From: Desulfuromonas sp.
GTDB lineage: Bacteria > Desulfobacterota > Desulfuromonadia > Desulfuromonadales > Desulfuromonadaceae
Direction: 5' to 3'
DNA length: 64,000 nucleotides
Assembly (NCBI GenBank): GCA_034006225.1
Contig: JAVETC010000011.1
Location: 8,278 to 72,277, forward strand
Below the pieces are notes generated by a model. It searched no databases and was not told the origin of the DNA. It saw only the letters and a program-made list of their open reading frames with translations. The translations under genes and the position numbers were made by a program. Shown piece after piece: positions 1-9,412 of the stretch; within the stretch, counting starts at the first letter, position 1, and every line of letters begins with the position of its first letter.

Positions 1-1170
1 CCGATCGCAGAATTTCTTCTTGTAGCTATCCGGCTCCTGGTAAGTTGCCAGCACCCCCTCATAGTTGCGTAACACCACCTTATTGGTGGAAAGAGAGATC
101 ATATAGTTGGGAGTCATAGGAATTTTGCCCCCGCCGCCGGGAGCATCGATGACATAAGTCGGCACGGCAAACCCACTGGTGTGACCAATTAGGCTCTCCA
201 TGATCTCTATGCCCTTACCTACCGGAGTACGGAAATGCGACAACCCTTCGGACAGGTCACATTGATAGAGGTAGTAAGGGCGCACGCGGTTAGCCACCAG
301 TTTGTGCACCAGAGATTTGATAATCCGCGGACAGTCGTTAATACCAGCGAGCAAAACCGACTGATTACCCAGCGGAATGCCTGCGTCAGCTAATTTGCGC
401 AGTGCTTTTTTACACGAGCTCGTTATTTCGCGCGGATGGTTGAAGTGGGTGTTCAACCACAACGGCTGATGTTTTTTCAGCATATTCACCAAATCATCAG
501 TGATACGATACGGAAGCACCACCGGCATACGCGAGCCGATACGAATAACCTGAACATGCTCAATCTGGCGCAATTCGGTTAAGATCCAATCTAGGTATGC
601 ATCGTTGAGCATTAGTGGATCACCACCGGATAAGAGGACATCGCGTACCTCGGGGGTGGCACGGATATAGTCGATTCCAAGCTGAATTTGCGCGCGATCG
701 GGAATCGAGTTAACATCTCCGACCTTGCGCTTGCGGGTACAGTGCCGACAGTACATACCGCAGACATTGCTGATATGGAACAATACGCGATCAGGATAAC
801 GATGGGTTATGTTCGGGACAGGACTGTCGCGATCTTCAGCCAGCGGATCGGCCATATCACATTTGTCAATTTTCAACTCTTGCGGATCAGGAAAAGCCTG
901 ACGAAACACCGGATCATTGCGAAAATTACTGCGATCGATAAGAGAGAGATAATATGGGGTAATTGAGAGGGGAAACTTCTTCAGCGTTAACTCTATCTTG
1001 CGCCGTTCCGACTCCTTAAAACTAACCCCGAGCAATTTCTCAAATGTTGCAACTTGGGTAATAGAGTGCTTCAGCTGCCACTGCCAATCAGTCCACTTAG
1101 ACATGGTAACCTGATCTCTATGGCTTAAATGTTCGGCAATTTTCTGTTGTGCACTTGAATAAATACTCAT
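1..1170 (-). CDS. kamA: L-lysine 2,3-aminomutase (KamA/AblA-type radical SAM + PLP enzyme); the C-terminal end runs off the window
   Basis: Absent from the ORF track because there is no stop in the window. My minus-strand translation from the ATG at 1170 reads [16 protein letters not shown]...[28 protein letters not shown]...LLSGGDPL...RPYYLYQCD...[16 protein letters not shown]. It carries the CxxxCxxC cluster motif and the conserved KamA blocks, with about 390 aa visible. Confidence 0.85.
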   Translation of the reverse strand, partial: MSIYSSAQQKIAEHLSHRDQVTMSKWTDWQWQLKHSITQVATFEKLLGVSFKESERRKIELTLKKFPLSITPYYLSLIDRSNFRNDPVFRQAFPDPQELKIDKCDMADPLAEDRDSPVPNITHRYPDRVLFHISNVCGMYCRHCTRKRKVGDVNSIPDRAQIQLGIDYIRATPEVRDVLLSGGDPLMLNDAYLDWILTELRQIEHVQVIRIGSRMPVVLPYRITDDLVNMLKKHQPLWLNTHFNHPREITSSCKKALRKLADAGIPLGNQSVLLAGINDCPRIIKSLVHKLVANRVRPYYLYQCDLSEGLSHFRTPVGKGIEIMESLIGHTSGFAVPTYVIDAPGGGGKIPMTPNYMISLSTNKVVLRNYEGVLATYQEPDSYKKKFCDR

Positions 1171-1482
1171 AAGTTTACTACGTTAAATCTCCATTAATCT
1201 TCCACACAAAAACAGGTACCCAACGCACATGCCGGTGCAGAAACATAAATAATAAGAATGTATAAAATCAGATTGTGACGCTAATTTGCAGGTTTGGTGC
1301 TAGGACCACTTGGTGACAAGACCTTAGGGATAGAGCCCAAAGGGTGCTCATGGTGATTCTCCATGCTAGTGCAAAAGAACATTACTGGACGAATTGTTTT
1401 TATCGAAATAGTTTGAACACGAACGATTATGCCAAAAAGGATTGCCACTGTCAAGTAAGGCGCTGGGATTATCTAAAGAGAA

Positions 1483-2073
1483 CTATTTATCTGCTGAGAG
1501 TTCGGGGGATATAGAGCCGGTTGCCAACAATGGAGCCGCATCTATATGCCGAGCCTCCATTAGGTCAACAAGCTTTTCTAAGGCAGAGGTAATCGCCACC
1601 TGTTCAGCTTCGGGCAACTCCATAAGGGCAGTGGACAAAGTATCTTGCAACAGCGACGGGGCGGCGGCAATCAAGCGCTGTCCCTCCGCAGTTATATAGA
1701 TATTAACCTGGCGGCGATCTTTGCTATCGCGTTTGCGCTCAACCATATTTTTATCTTCCAAGCGATCGATAATGCCCACAACGGTGCTCGGGCTTAAATG
1801 AACTTTCTTGGCAAGATTGGCACTGGTCAGTGGGCTGTGATCTTTTATCGTTAACAGACAGGCCAATTGTGGCCCAGTAACTTTATACTGCGTTGACAAA
1901 CGGCGCGAATGGATATCAACCGCACGGATAATCCGCCGCAAAGACTGTAAAATACGCAGATCATAACTCGACTGCTCGACTGCGGGAGAGATATCATTAT
2001 GTTTTTCTGAAGCAAATTCCTGCACAGCGACCTCGTGGTAAAATTTAAAATTGTCACTAGCATTAAAGCACAA
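1483..2073 (-). CDS. MarR-family transcriptional regulator
   Basis: 196 aa. Winged-helix core TGPQLACLLTI...LTSANLAKKVHLSPSTVVGIIDRLEDKNMVERKRDSKDRRQV is typical of MarR. Confidence 0.8.
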   Translation of the reverse strand: MCFNASDNFKFYHEVAVQEFASEKHNDISPAVEQSSYDLRILQSLRRIIRAVDIHSRRLSTQYKVTGPQLACLLTIKDHSPLTSANLAKKVHLSPSTVVGIIDRLEDKNMVERKRDSKDRRQVNIYITAEGQRLIAAAPSLLQDTLSTALMELPEAEQVAITSALEKLVDLMEARHIDAAPLLATGSISPELSADK

Positions 2074-2120
2074 ATTCTACATAACAAACCCCACCTGCTG
2101 GTTCCCAGGCAGGTGAAACT

Positions 2121-3017
2121 TTAATATATTTTGCGCCGCGAAAACGTTGATCCGAGCACAGTAAAGGTATTCTCGACAATAAACAATGCATATTCATCGG
2201 CGGTAAAAACTATCTCTTCCAGCCGCTTAAGTTGAATATTATTTATTACCACCATCAGCACAGTACGTGGCTGTTTTTTATACGCTCCCACTGCTGGCAG
2301 CATAGTAGTGCCGATTTTCAGGCTGGCCATAACACTACCGGCAATCTCCTCCGGCCGCTCCGAAACAATAAAGACCATTTTACGCTGATTAAACATTGAC
2401 ATACAGTAATCTACCGCAACGGAACAGACAAATACCGAAATCATTGAAGCGATCACCAGATCATTATCAAAACTAATAAAACTCAGAGAAAACAACACTA
2501 GGTTAAAAGAGAAATAGACCTTACCAATACCAATATTGTATTTTTGGTTAAGAATTATCGCAACGACATCGAGACCGCCATTAGAGCCGAGAGAACGCAG
2601 TACCATGCCCGCACCAACGCCCAGCAGTACTCCAAAAACCAGCGCTGAATACAGTTGATTGCCAATAGTAAATTGGAAATTTACCAACTGGTAAAATATT
2701 GTCAGCGCCAGCATAGCCAAAGCACTATAGCCCAGAAAACGCCGCGAAATCAGTTTATAACCAAGGGCAAACAGGGGAATATTTAGTAGAAGATATAAAA
2801 TACCTGGGTTGAGCCAGCCAGTCAGATAGAATATCCATGAGGCCACACCAAACAACCCACCGGGAACAAATTCGTGCGGAATAGCTACCGACTTAAGGGC
2901 AATCGCCTGTATCAGGGAACCGATAAGAATTAAACCGCTGTTCCAAAAAAGCGAATAAGCAAAGCTGTTCTTTTCTGCTGTCATAACAGTTTCTCCACCC
3001 GCCGCCATCAGAGTCAA
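2121..3017 (-). CDS. YitT-family integral membrane protein (DUF2179 C-terminal domain)
   Basis: 298 aa. Multiple hydrophobic helices followed by a soluble C-terminal domain; the pattern resembles YitT/YpjC proteins. Confidence 0.7.
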   Translation of the reverse strand: MTLMAAGGETVMTAEKNSFAYSLFWNSGLILIGSLIQAIALKSVAIPHEFVPGGLFGVASWIFYLTGWLNPGILYLLLNIPLFALGYKLISRRFLGYSALAMLALTIFYQLVNFQFTIGNQLYSALVFGVLLGVGAGMVLRSLGSNGGLDVVAIILNQKYNIGIGKVYFSFNLVLFSLSFISFDNDLVIASMISVFVCSVAVDYCMSMFNQRKMVFIVSERPEEIAGSVMASLKIGTTMLPAVGAYKKQPRTVLMVVINNIQLKRLEEIVFTADEYALFIVENTFTVLGSTFSRRKIY

Positions 3018-3079
3018 AGTAGTGCGCTCTGCACCGGCACTGCAAATATGCCGAAGAATGTAGCGGGCAATGCCTGAGG

Positions 3080-3304
3080 TTAACCTGCGGGTGCTTTTAG
3101 GGTAACGCTAATACGCTCGTGACCAAATTCAACGACATCACCGGAATATATTTTTTTCCGTTTTTGCGTTTCAATGTGCCCATTTACTAGAACAAGGCCA
3201 TCGGCAATAACAACTTTTGCCTCTCCACCACTGGACACTAAACCTTCGAATTTTAGAATCTTATATAATTCGACGGGCTCACAAGATATTTCCACAACTT
3301 TCAT
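3080..3304 (-). CDS. Small S4-domain RNA-binding protein (YaaA-like)
   Basis: 74 aa. Sequence LYKILKFEGLVSSGGEAKVVIADGLVLVNGHIETQKRKKIYSGDVV is S4-like. Confidence 0.65.
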   Translation of the reverse strand: MKVVEISCEPVELYKILKFEGLVSSGGEAKVVIADGLVLVNGHIETQKRKKIYSGDVVEFGHERISVTLKAPAG

Positions 3305-3639
3305 CTATTTGATCTCCAACACTGGGCAGCAGAAAAAAGAAGTCGCCACATTAACACAGGTAGCAACAATAACAGGCGTGAATAGTGCGCACAAAAGCAT
3401 AAATTACATCACAGCATCTCAAAGACAGGCGTTGCGCAATGCAATCAGCATCGGGGAAATAGCACAACAGCCTATTAATTATTATTTATTGTGCGAGCCT
3501 TTAATTGATTAACAACAGCAACAAGATTATAATTCGATTTACATACTTGCAACAATCCACCAGTAATGTTTTACTTTTCATAAAGATAAAATAATCTGTA
3601 GACAACAACAGCTTTATATCATCGTGAGTAGCAAAACGG

Positions 3640-4866
3640 ATGACTCTACCCTCCAAAATCATACTGTCTACAGCAATATTGATTAGCTTAGCGCTGAGCA
3701 TACCAGCACACGCATTATACGCCCAGCTAACACAAGAACAACTCACGCTGCTAGCAACATTGTTTACCAGCCTAACGTTAGTTGTCTTAGCAATTTGGTT
3801 AACACTGCATCGTCTGATGAACAGGAATTTAGACGAGCTTCTACAAATATCATTACACCATCGGCATGAAGAAAGTATCAAGCTTGAGCACAACTATCTG
3901 GTCCCCAATAAACTGGCAAACCTAATAAACAGCTTCACGCATATGTCAGAAGAGATAAATAAACGGGAAGCTGAACTGCTGCATAGCAACGAGTTCTCCT
4001 CAACTATACTCAACAACATCAGCGACGCAGTCAGTATTATCGACCCCCAAACCTACTCTATTATAGCTGCCAATCCGGCGTTTCTGCAGCTCTACAATCT
4101 TAGGCTCAGCGAAGTAATCGGCCGAAAATGCCAAAGCGTGTGTAACTGCCAACACTTGAATCCAAAAAACCACGACCTCTGTCCGGGAGAAAAAGCCGTG
4201 GAATCTGGTCTGTTTACCCGCGAGCAGCGCAGCTGTCAGAGCACGGACAAACAGATTATTTGCGAAGTCAACGCCACCCCAATAGTCGACCACAATGGTA
4301 GAGTAACGCAAATTATCAGCGTGGCGCACAACATCACCGAATCAATCCATCAGCAACAACAAATTCATCACATGGCTTATCACGATGGTTTGACTGGACT
4401 GCCCAATCGGGAACTATTCAAAGACCGCTTAGAACAAGCACTGCTACAAAGCACCCGCAATAACGGCAGTGGAGTCATTGCTTTGGTAGATTTAGATAAA
4501 TTCAAAGAGGTCAATGACACCTATGGCCATGCTAGCGGTGACGAACTACTGAAAATAACGGCTGAGCGCTTGACGCAAAGTGTCCGTAGCACCGACACCG
4601 TAGCTCGCATGAGTGGCGACGAATTCCTGGTCATATTCCGAGAAGTTAGCACCGACGAACAGGCCATAGCTCTCGCCCAACAACTCCTAAACGCGTTAAC
4701 CCGCCCAATTCCCCTAACAACTGGCGATGTAACCATTGCCGCGAGTGTTGGCCTGTGCTGTTTTCCCAAGCACGGCACCAGCGTGGATGAATTGCTTAAA
4801 TGTGCCGATAGTGCAATGTATAGCGCCAAAAAATGTGGGCACAACACTGTCCACCTCACCAGCTAA
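3640..4866 (+). CDS. Membrane-anchored PAS-GGDEF diguanylate cyclase (SGDEF variant with RxxD I-site)
   Basis: 408 aa. N-terminal TM segments, a PAS-like region and a GGDEF domain (DGLTGLPNR, RSTDTVARMSGDEFLV). Confidence 0.85.
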   Translation: MTLPSKIILSTAILISLALSIPAHALYAQLTQEQLTLLATLFTSLTLVVLAIWLTLHRLMNRNLDELLQISLHHRHEESIKLEHNYLVPNKLANLINSFTHMSEEINKREAELLHSNEFSSTILNNISDAVSIIDPQTYSIIAANPAFLQLYNLRLSEVIGRKCQSVCNCQHLNPKNHDLCPGEKAVESGLFTREQRSCQSTDKQIICEVNATPIVDHNGRVTQIISVAHNITESIHQQQQIHHMAYHDGLTGLPNRELFKDRLEQALLQSTRNNGSGVIALVDLDKFKEVNDTYGHASGDELLKITAERLTQSVRSTDTVARMSGDEFLVIFREVSTDEQAIALAQQLLNALTRPIPLTTGDVTIAASVGLCCFPKHGTSVDELLKCADSAMYSAKKCGHNTVHLTS

Positions 4867-4965
4867 CACCATTTACCAAATCACTATCAAGGCCACATAT
4901 TACCCACTAAGACCAGAATGCCACTGCGCCAGCTAGCGCTATGCACTATAGCTGAGTGTTTGTTA

Positions 4966-5170
4966 CAGTAGGCACACTAACCATTGCTGCCTGCCTCGGC
5001 TTGGCGCGTTTTGCCTTTGGCATGCTGTACCCTCCATGCGCGAAGCGTTGAGCATCTCTTATGATAAAATAGGGTTGCTGGACACCGCGAACTTTTGTAG
5101 TTATCTAGTAGTGGTAGGACTGCACCAATATCCCCTTGATGGCATTAGTACCCTAGCGGTTCCGTCGTGA
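4966..5170 (+). pseudogene. Possible frameshifted N-terminal relic of a YbfB/YjiJ-like MFS transporter
   Basis: Two adjacent frames read ...VGTLTIAACLGLARFAFGMLYPP and MREALSISYDKIGLLDTANFCSYLVVVGL. Joined by one frameshift they resemble the first two TM helices of that MFS family. No intact ORF follows. Confidence 0.3.
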
Positions 5171-5258
5171 CCGCCGCAGTGGAGGTTTCTCCCTCACCCC
5201 AGCGCTTACACTAATTCTGTCGACACTGCACCCGCAGCAGGAAAGGCGGCGATACGCC

Positions 5259-6029
5259 ATGGTTAACCTAGACAAGTTCAAGCTCTTTGACAGTCATTGT
5301 CACATTATCGACAAACGCTTTCCATTAGTGGAAAACCAGGGTTATCTACCCGACTATTTCTCCATTGCAGATTATCAGCACCGCACCCAGCACTATAACG
5401 TCTGTGGTGGGGCCATTGTCTCTGGGTCATTCCAAGCCTTTGATCAAACATACCTGCTAACCGCGCTTCAGCAGCTGCGCCAAATTACACCGAACTTTGT
5501 CGGCGTGACTCAGCTACCGCCAAAAGTAACTGATCAGCGCCTCGTAGAGCTGAATGCCGCGGGGGTACGTGCGCTCAGATTTAATTTAAAACGTGGTGGC
5601 TATGCAGACATTAGCTCTCTACAGCACTTTGCCGCGCGCGTCTATGATGTGGTGGGCTGGCATGTTGAATTATACATTGATACCAACGACCTTCCGCAGC
5701 TGCACCAGACGCTAGCCTCTCTGCCCGCGGTGAGCATTGACCATCTTGGACTTTCTAAGAGTGGTTTTTCGCACCTGCTGGCGCTGGTTGAACAAGGGGC
5801 AATGGTCAAAGCTACAGGATTTGGTCGGGTAGATTTTGAGGTAACAGCGGCGCTGCAACAGATCTGCGCTGTAAACCCGGCGGCCCTGATGTTTGGCACT
5901 GACCTGCCATCTACCCGAGCAGCACGCGCCTATGCTGATGAAGATTTTTTGCTGGTTATTGCGGCCTTGGGGGATGTACTGGCGCAACAAGTATTTTACG
6001 CCAACGCCATCAATTTTTATAAGCCTTAG
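5259..6029 (+). CDS. Amidohydrolase-family (TIM-barrel metal-dependent hydrolase, amidohydrolase_2-like) protein
   Basis: 256 aa. N-terminal DSHCHII metal-binding motif; distal FGTDLP block. Confidence 0.65.
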   Translation: MVNLDKFKLFDSHCHIIDKRFPLVENQGYLPDYFSIADYQHRTQHYNVCGGAIVSGSFQAFDQTYLLTALQQLRQITPNFVGVTQLPPKVTDQRLVELNAAGVRALRFNLKRGGYADISSLQHFAARVYDVVGWHVELYIDTNDLPQLHQTLASLPAVSIDHLGLSKSGFSHLLALVEQGAMVKATGFGRVDFEVTAALQQICAVNPAALMFGTDLPSTRAARAYADEDFLLVIAALGDVLAQQVFYANAINFYKP

Positions 6030-6059
6030 CAGCAACCCTTGATGCAAACAGGCAGCAAT

Positions 6060-7103
6060 TCAATCTTGCGGATAATCGACCAGAGTTCCATCGGCAGCAC
6101 GCAGCTTAGCCTGCTTCCCTAAACTGCGTATATAGGCTGGAGTAATTGGCACCTTGCCATGTCCACCGGGCAGATCAACAATATAAGTTGGTACCGCTAG
6201 ACCGGACAGTGGTCCGCGCAACTTATCCATAATCTCTATGCCGGTTTCCAAACTGGTACGAAAATGCGCGGTACCGCAGGTCAAATCCATCTGATGCAGA
6301 TAGTAGGGCCGAACGCACAGGCGGTGCAGTTTATGAAACAGCTCATGGAGAATAGTCGCATCATCGTTTATGCCACGCAACAATACTGTCTGGTTGATCA
6401 CAGGCACCCCAGCACGCACCAAACTTGTACATGCTTCAATAGAAGCTGGGCAGAGTTCGGCGGGATGATTGAAATGGGTAAGAAAATATAGTGGCTGATA
6501 GCTGCTCAATAGAGAACATAGTGCTGGAGTAATGCGCGCGGGCAACACCACTGGGGCGCGGCTGCCAATGCGCACCACCTCAACATGAGGTATGCGGCGC
6601 AACCGTTCCAAAATATCGCATAACAAGTTATCCGACATGGTGAGTGGGTCACCACCAGAGAGAATAACTTCATTCACCTGTGGATGCTCGGTAATATATT
6701 CCAGCCCCTTAATTACATCCCCCAAAGATACCGCCATATCCTGACAGCCAACTTTACGCTTACGCGTACAGAACCGACAATAACTGAAACAACTACCGGC
6801 AACCAGCAACAGGACCCGGTGCGGATAGCGATGTACCAGATGTGGCACCGGCGACAACGCCTCCTCATTAAGCGGATCGCTATACATAGCACTATCTGCT
6901 GCTAACTCGCGCAAACTGGGAATGAATTGCTGTGCTATTGGGTCGCCACTATGGGATATCAATTTAAGACTATGCGTGGTGATACGCATGGGGTAGCGCG
7001 TTCCGACCAGAGCTAAATCCGCGCCATTAAGGTCAAACTGAGCCGCCAACTGACGTGGGTCAGTTAGGGCTTGCCTATGCTGTTGCTGCCAATCTTCTAT
7101 CAA
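6060..7103 (-). CDS. KamA-family radical SAM protein (EpmB-sized lysine 2,3-aminomutase paralog)
   Basis: 347 aa. Motifs HRYPHRVLLLVAGSCFSYCRFCTRKRK (CxxxCxxC), ILSGGDPL and RPYYLHQMD. TTG start preceded by GAGGGGGG. Confidence 0.8.
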   Translation of the reverse strand: MIEDWQQQHRQALTDPRQLAAQFDLNGADLALVGTRYPMRITTHSLKLISHSGDPIAQQFIPSLRELAADSAMYSDPLNEEALSPVPHLVHRYPHRVLLLVAGSCFSYCRFCTRKRKVGCQDMAVSLGDVIKGLEYITEHPQVNEVILSGGDPLTMSDNLLCDILERLRRIPHVEVVRIGSRAPVVLPARITPALCSLLSSYQPLYFLTHFNHPAELCPASIEACTSLVRAGVPVINQTVLLRGINDDATILHELFHKLHRLCVRPYYLHQMDLTCGTAHFRTSLETGIEIMDKLRGPLSGLAVPTYIVDLPGGHGKVPITPAYIRSLGKQAKLRAADGTLVDYPQD

Positions 7104-7117
7104 GTTCCCCCCTCATC

Positions 7118-7549
7118 TTAATCTTTTGCAGTAGCAACTGGCACTGCCAGCACAACAAACAGGTAGCTAGACAATCCTAGCAGGGCCAGGCTACGCAGCA
7201 ACGCCACTCCCACCGAAGACCACGCTCCAGCTGCCGCCCCAAAACAACCACAGTCAATGGAGAGACCACGCAGTGCTGCCGTCAGCAACGCGACACAAAA
7301 CATGCTGTACATCAACACTGACAACAGTGCCGCAGAGCGCACCCAGCGTCCACTACAGAGCAGCAACCCTGTGTATATTTCCGCATAGGGTAAAGTGCTA
7401 GCCAGCACCATATTACCCAACTCGGGCAGCATGGCATAACGGCCAATAGCTGTTGCAAATGTGGCAACATCCAGCGCTTTAGTACTCCCAGCATAGAGGA
7501 AAATAGCGCCCAGGACCCAGCGAATTGCTATTACTCCATAACGCTGCAT
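7118..7549 (-). CDS. MauE/DoxX-family membrane protein
   Basis: 143 aa. Four hydrophobic helices and a CGCFG motif typical of MauE-like proteins. Confidence 0.6.
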   Translation of the reverse strand: MQRYGVIAIRWVLGAIFLYAGSTKALDVATFATAIGRYAMLPELGNMVLASTLPYAEIYTGLLLCSGRWVRSAALLSVLMYSMFCVALLTAALRGLSIDCGCFGAAAGAWSSVGVALLRSLALLGLSSYLFVVLAVPVATAKD

Positions 7550-8052
7550 TAGCGTTCTCCCCCCTCTTTCACAGTGTTATCCAGCTGACGCTGTGAGCCT
7601 GTAACCCAAGGTTGTTGCTGCTGCCATTCGGTAAATCCAGCATCATACAGATACACCCGTTTAAATCCGCTAACAAATAGCTGTTCACCCATAGTAAACG
7701 CATCGGAACAGGATATGGAACTACAGTAGACCAGTACTTCGGTGCGCCGCACGCAACAATCAACAAGAGCTTGCAAGCGTTGCTGGTCGCCGATAGGGAC
7801 AGAATAAGCGCCAGCTATATGCCCAGCGCTGTAGTTGTCAAAGGCGCGGGCATCGACAAGCAATTTCCCCTCTTGCTGCCAAGTGCGCACAAAAGGCAAC
7901 TCAACTGGGATAGGCGCGTAATCTTCAGCTGCCTGAACAGGCACCTTATGCAGCAGCGCAAATATTTGCCCACTATTGACAGCTAAACCACTAAACACTG
8001 CCAGTATGACAACAACTAGCGCACGTAAGAGAACTAATCTCATCTTCGACAC
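7549..8052 (-). CDS. Membrane-anchored or exported rhodanese-domain protein
   Basis: 167 aa. N-terminal hydrophobic segment; rhodanese core LVDARAFDNYSAGHIAGAYSVP ... VLVYCSSISCSDAF ... GFTEW. Its stop overlaps the MauE start (TAATG). Confidence 0.7.
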   Translation of the reverse strand: MSKMRLVLLRALVVVILAVFSGLAVNSGQIFALLHKVPVQAAEDYAPIPVELPFVRTWQQEGKLLVDARAFDNYSAGHIAGAYSVPIGDQQRLQALVDCCVRRTEVLVYCSSISCSDAFTMGEQLFVSGFKRVYLYDAGFTEWQQQQPWVTGSQRQLDNTVKEGGER

Positions 8053-8261
8053 CTATTTTTAGATCACTAAGCGGGAAAACTAAACCTTTTGCTGCCGTAT
8101 GGTAACAAAGCCCCGGCACGATTACAATCTGAGTCATCCCACTTGATAGACCAGCGCTAAGGACTCACTACTCTCAGCTTGGACTAACGCGGTATAGCGT
8201 GATATATTGCCCCAACAAACTCTGGTCTCCACGCACACTTACTAAACCTAGGAGGAGCTTC

Positions 8262-8801
8262 ATGCAACACTTTGCCTTAACAATTATTGGTCGTGACCGC
8301 CCCGGCATTGTTTCCAGCACCGCCGAAATCATCTATAAACTGGGATGCAACATTGCCGATTCAAGCAACAATATCCTCGGTGGTCAATTTGCCATGATTC
8401 TCATCTTATCGCATCCGCAAATTACTGATGCTGAGCAGCTGGCCAAGGAGTTCAGTGCCCTTGAGGATCAGGGGCTATCAGTCTTTGTGCGCGCGCTAAA
8501 ACCTGGCGGAGAGCAGCGCCCAGACATGCCTGGCGAAGTCTGCATGATCTCCGTATATGGCTCCGACAAAGCTGGTATTGTCTATCAGGTAGCTAAGGTG
8601 CTCAGCGACAACAATATCAATATTGTCGATCTGAATACTAAATTGATCGGCACTAAGGAACGTCCAGTATATGTGATGATTTGTGAAACAGTTTTACCTG
8701 CAGAGTTACCCGTCGCAGGGCTCAAAAAATTAATGGACACACTTAAACAACAACTTAAAGTTGATATTTCAGTGCGGACTGTGACCCCAGTGGAGCTATA
8801 A
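8262..8801 (+). CDS. Tandem ACT-domain protein (GcvR-like)
   Basis: Start chosen at ATG 8262, which follows AGGAGG. Two ACT-like halves: ALTIIGRDRPGIVSSTAEIIYKLGCNI and MISVYGSDKAGIVYQVAKVLSDNNINI. Confidence 0.65.
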   Translation: MQHFALTIIGRDRPGIVSSTAEIIYKLGCNIADSSNNILGGQFAMILILSHPQITDAEQLAKEFSALEDQGLSVFVRALKPGGEQRPDMPGEVCMISVYGSDKAGIVYQVAKVLSDNNINIVDLNTKLIGTKERPVYVMICETVLPAELPVAGLKKLMDTLKQQLKVDISVRTVTPVEL

Positions 8802-8804
8802 ATC

Positions 8805-9302
8805 ATGGCAGTACAGGAAGTTTTGGTCTATCCGGATCCTCGTCTCAAACAGCTATGCGACTCGGCAGATATCACCAGCGAAATAACCACTAATTTAATA
8901 ACCGATCTCATAGAAACCATGTATGAATCTGGGCACTCAGTCGGCATAGCGGCACCACAGATTGGCGTATGCCTGCGCGTGGCCGTGGTAGATGTTTCCA
9001 ACAATAAATTGGGGAAAAAACACAATCACGGTTTGCTGGTATTGATCAACCCAGAAATCATTGAATCTAGCGGCAGCAAAACCATGCGTGAAGGTTGCAT
9101 GAGTGTGCCCGACTATACCGGCAATGTCGAACGAGCGCGAGAGATCGTGGTGCAGTTTACTGACAAAGAGGGAGTTAATCAGGTGCTGCGCTGCAAAGGC
9201 TTTGAGGCTGTAGCCATTCAGCACGAGCTCGACCACCTACTAGGGCTACTGTTTTTGGATAGGGTTAGCAACCCCGGAACGGATATTTTCAAACGTAAAT
9301 AA
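8805..9302 (+). CDS. def: Peptide deformylase
   Basis: 165 aa. The three deformylase motifs are present: GIAAPQIG, EGCMSVP, HELDHL. Confidence 0.9.
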   Translation: MAVQEVLVYPDPRLKQLCDSADITSEITTNLITDLIETMYESGHSVGIAAPQIGVCLRVAVVDVSNNKLGKKHNHGLLVLINPEIIESSGSKTMREGCMSVPDYTGNVERAREIVVQFTDKEGVNQVLRCKGFEAVAIQHELDHLLGLLFLDRVSNPGTDIFKRK

Positions 9303-9346
9303 CCGCTCCGGTTATTTGTTTACTATTTAGCGCTATAGCCAAGCAA

Positions 9347-9384
9347 CAGGAGTAGGGACGTTGCATGCAACGTCCCTACTCCTG
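9347..9384. terminator. 38-bp perfect palindrome between convergent def and pepA; candidate bidirectional terminator hairpin
   Basis: caggagtagggacgttgca|tgcaacgtccctactcctg gives 19-bp perfect arms. There is no clear U-tract on either side. Confidence 0.45.
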
Positions 9385-9412
9385 TAATCCACCTCGACCC
9401 TGTGCTGAATTA

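Noticed and set aside
688-1699. Plus-strand ORFs 688..966 and 1442..1699.
   Set aside because: They lie antisense to the lysine 2,3-aminomutase and MarR genes, whose translations carry unmistakable family motifs.
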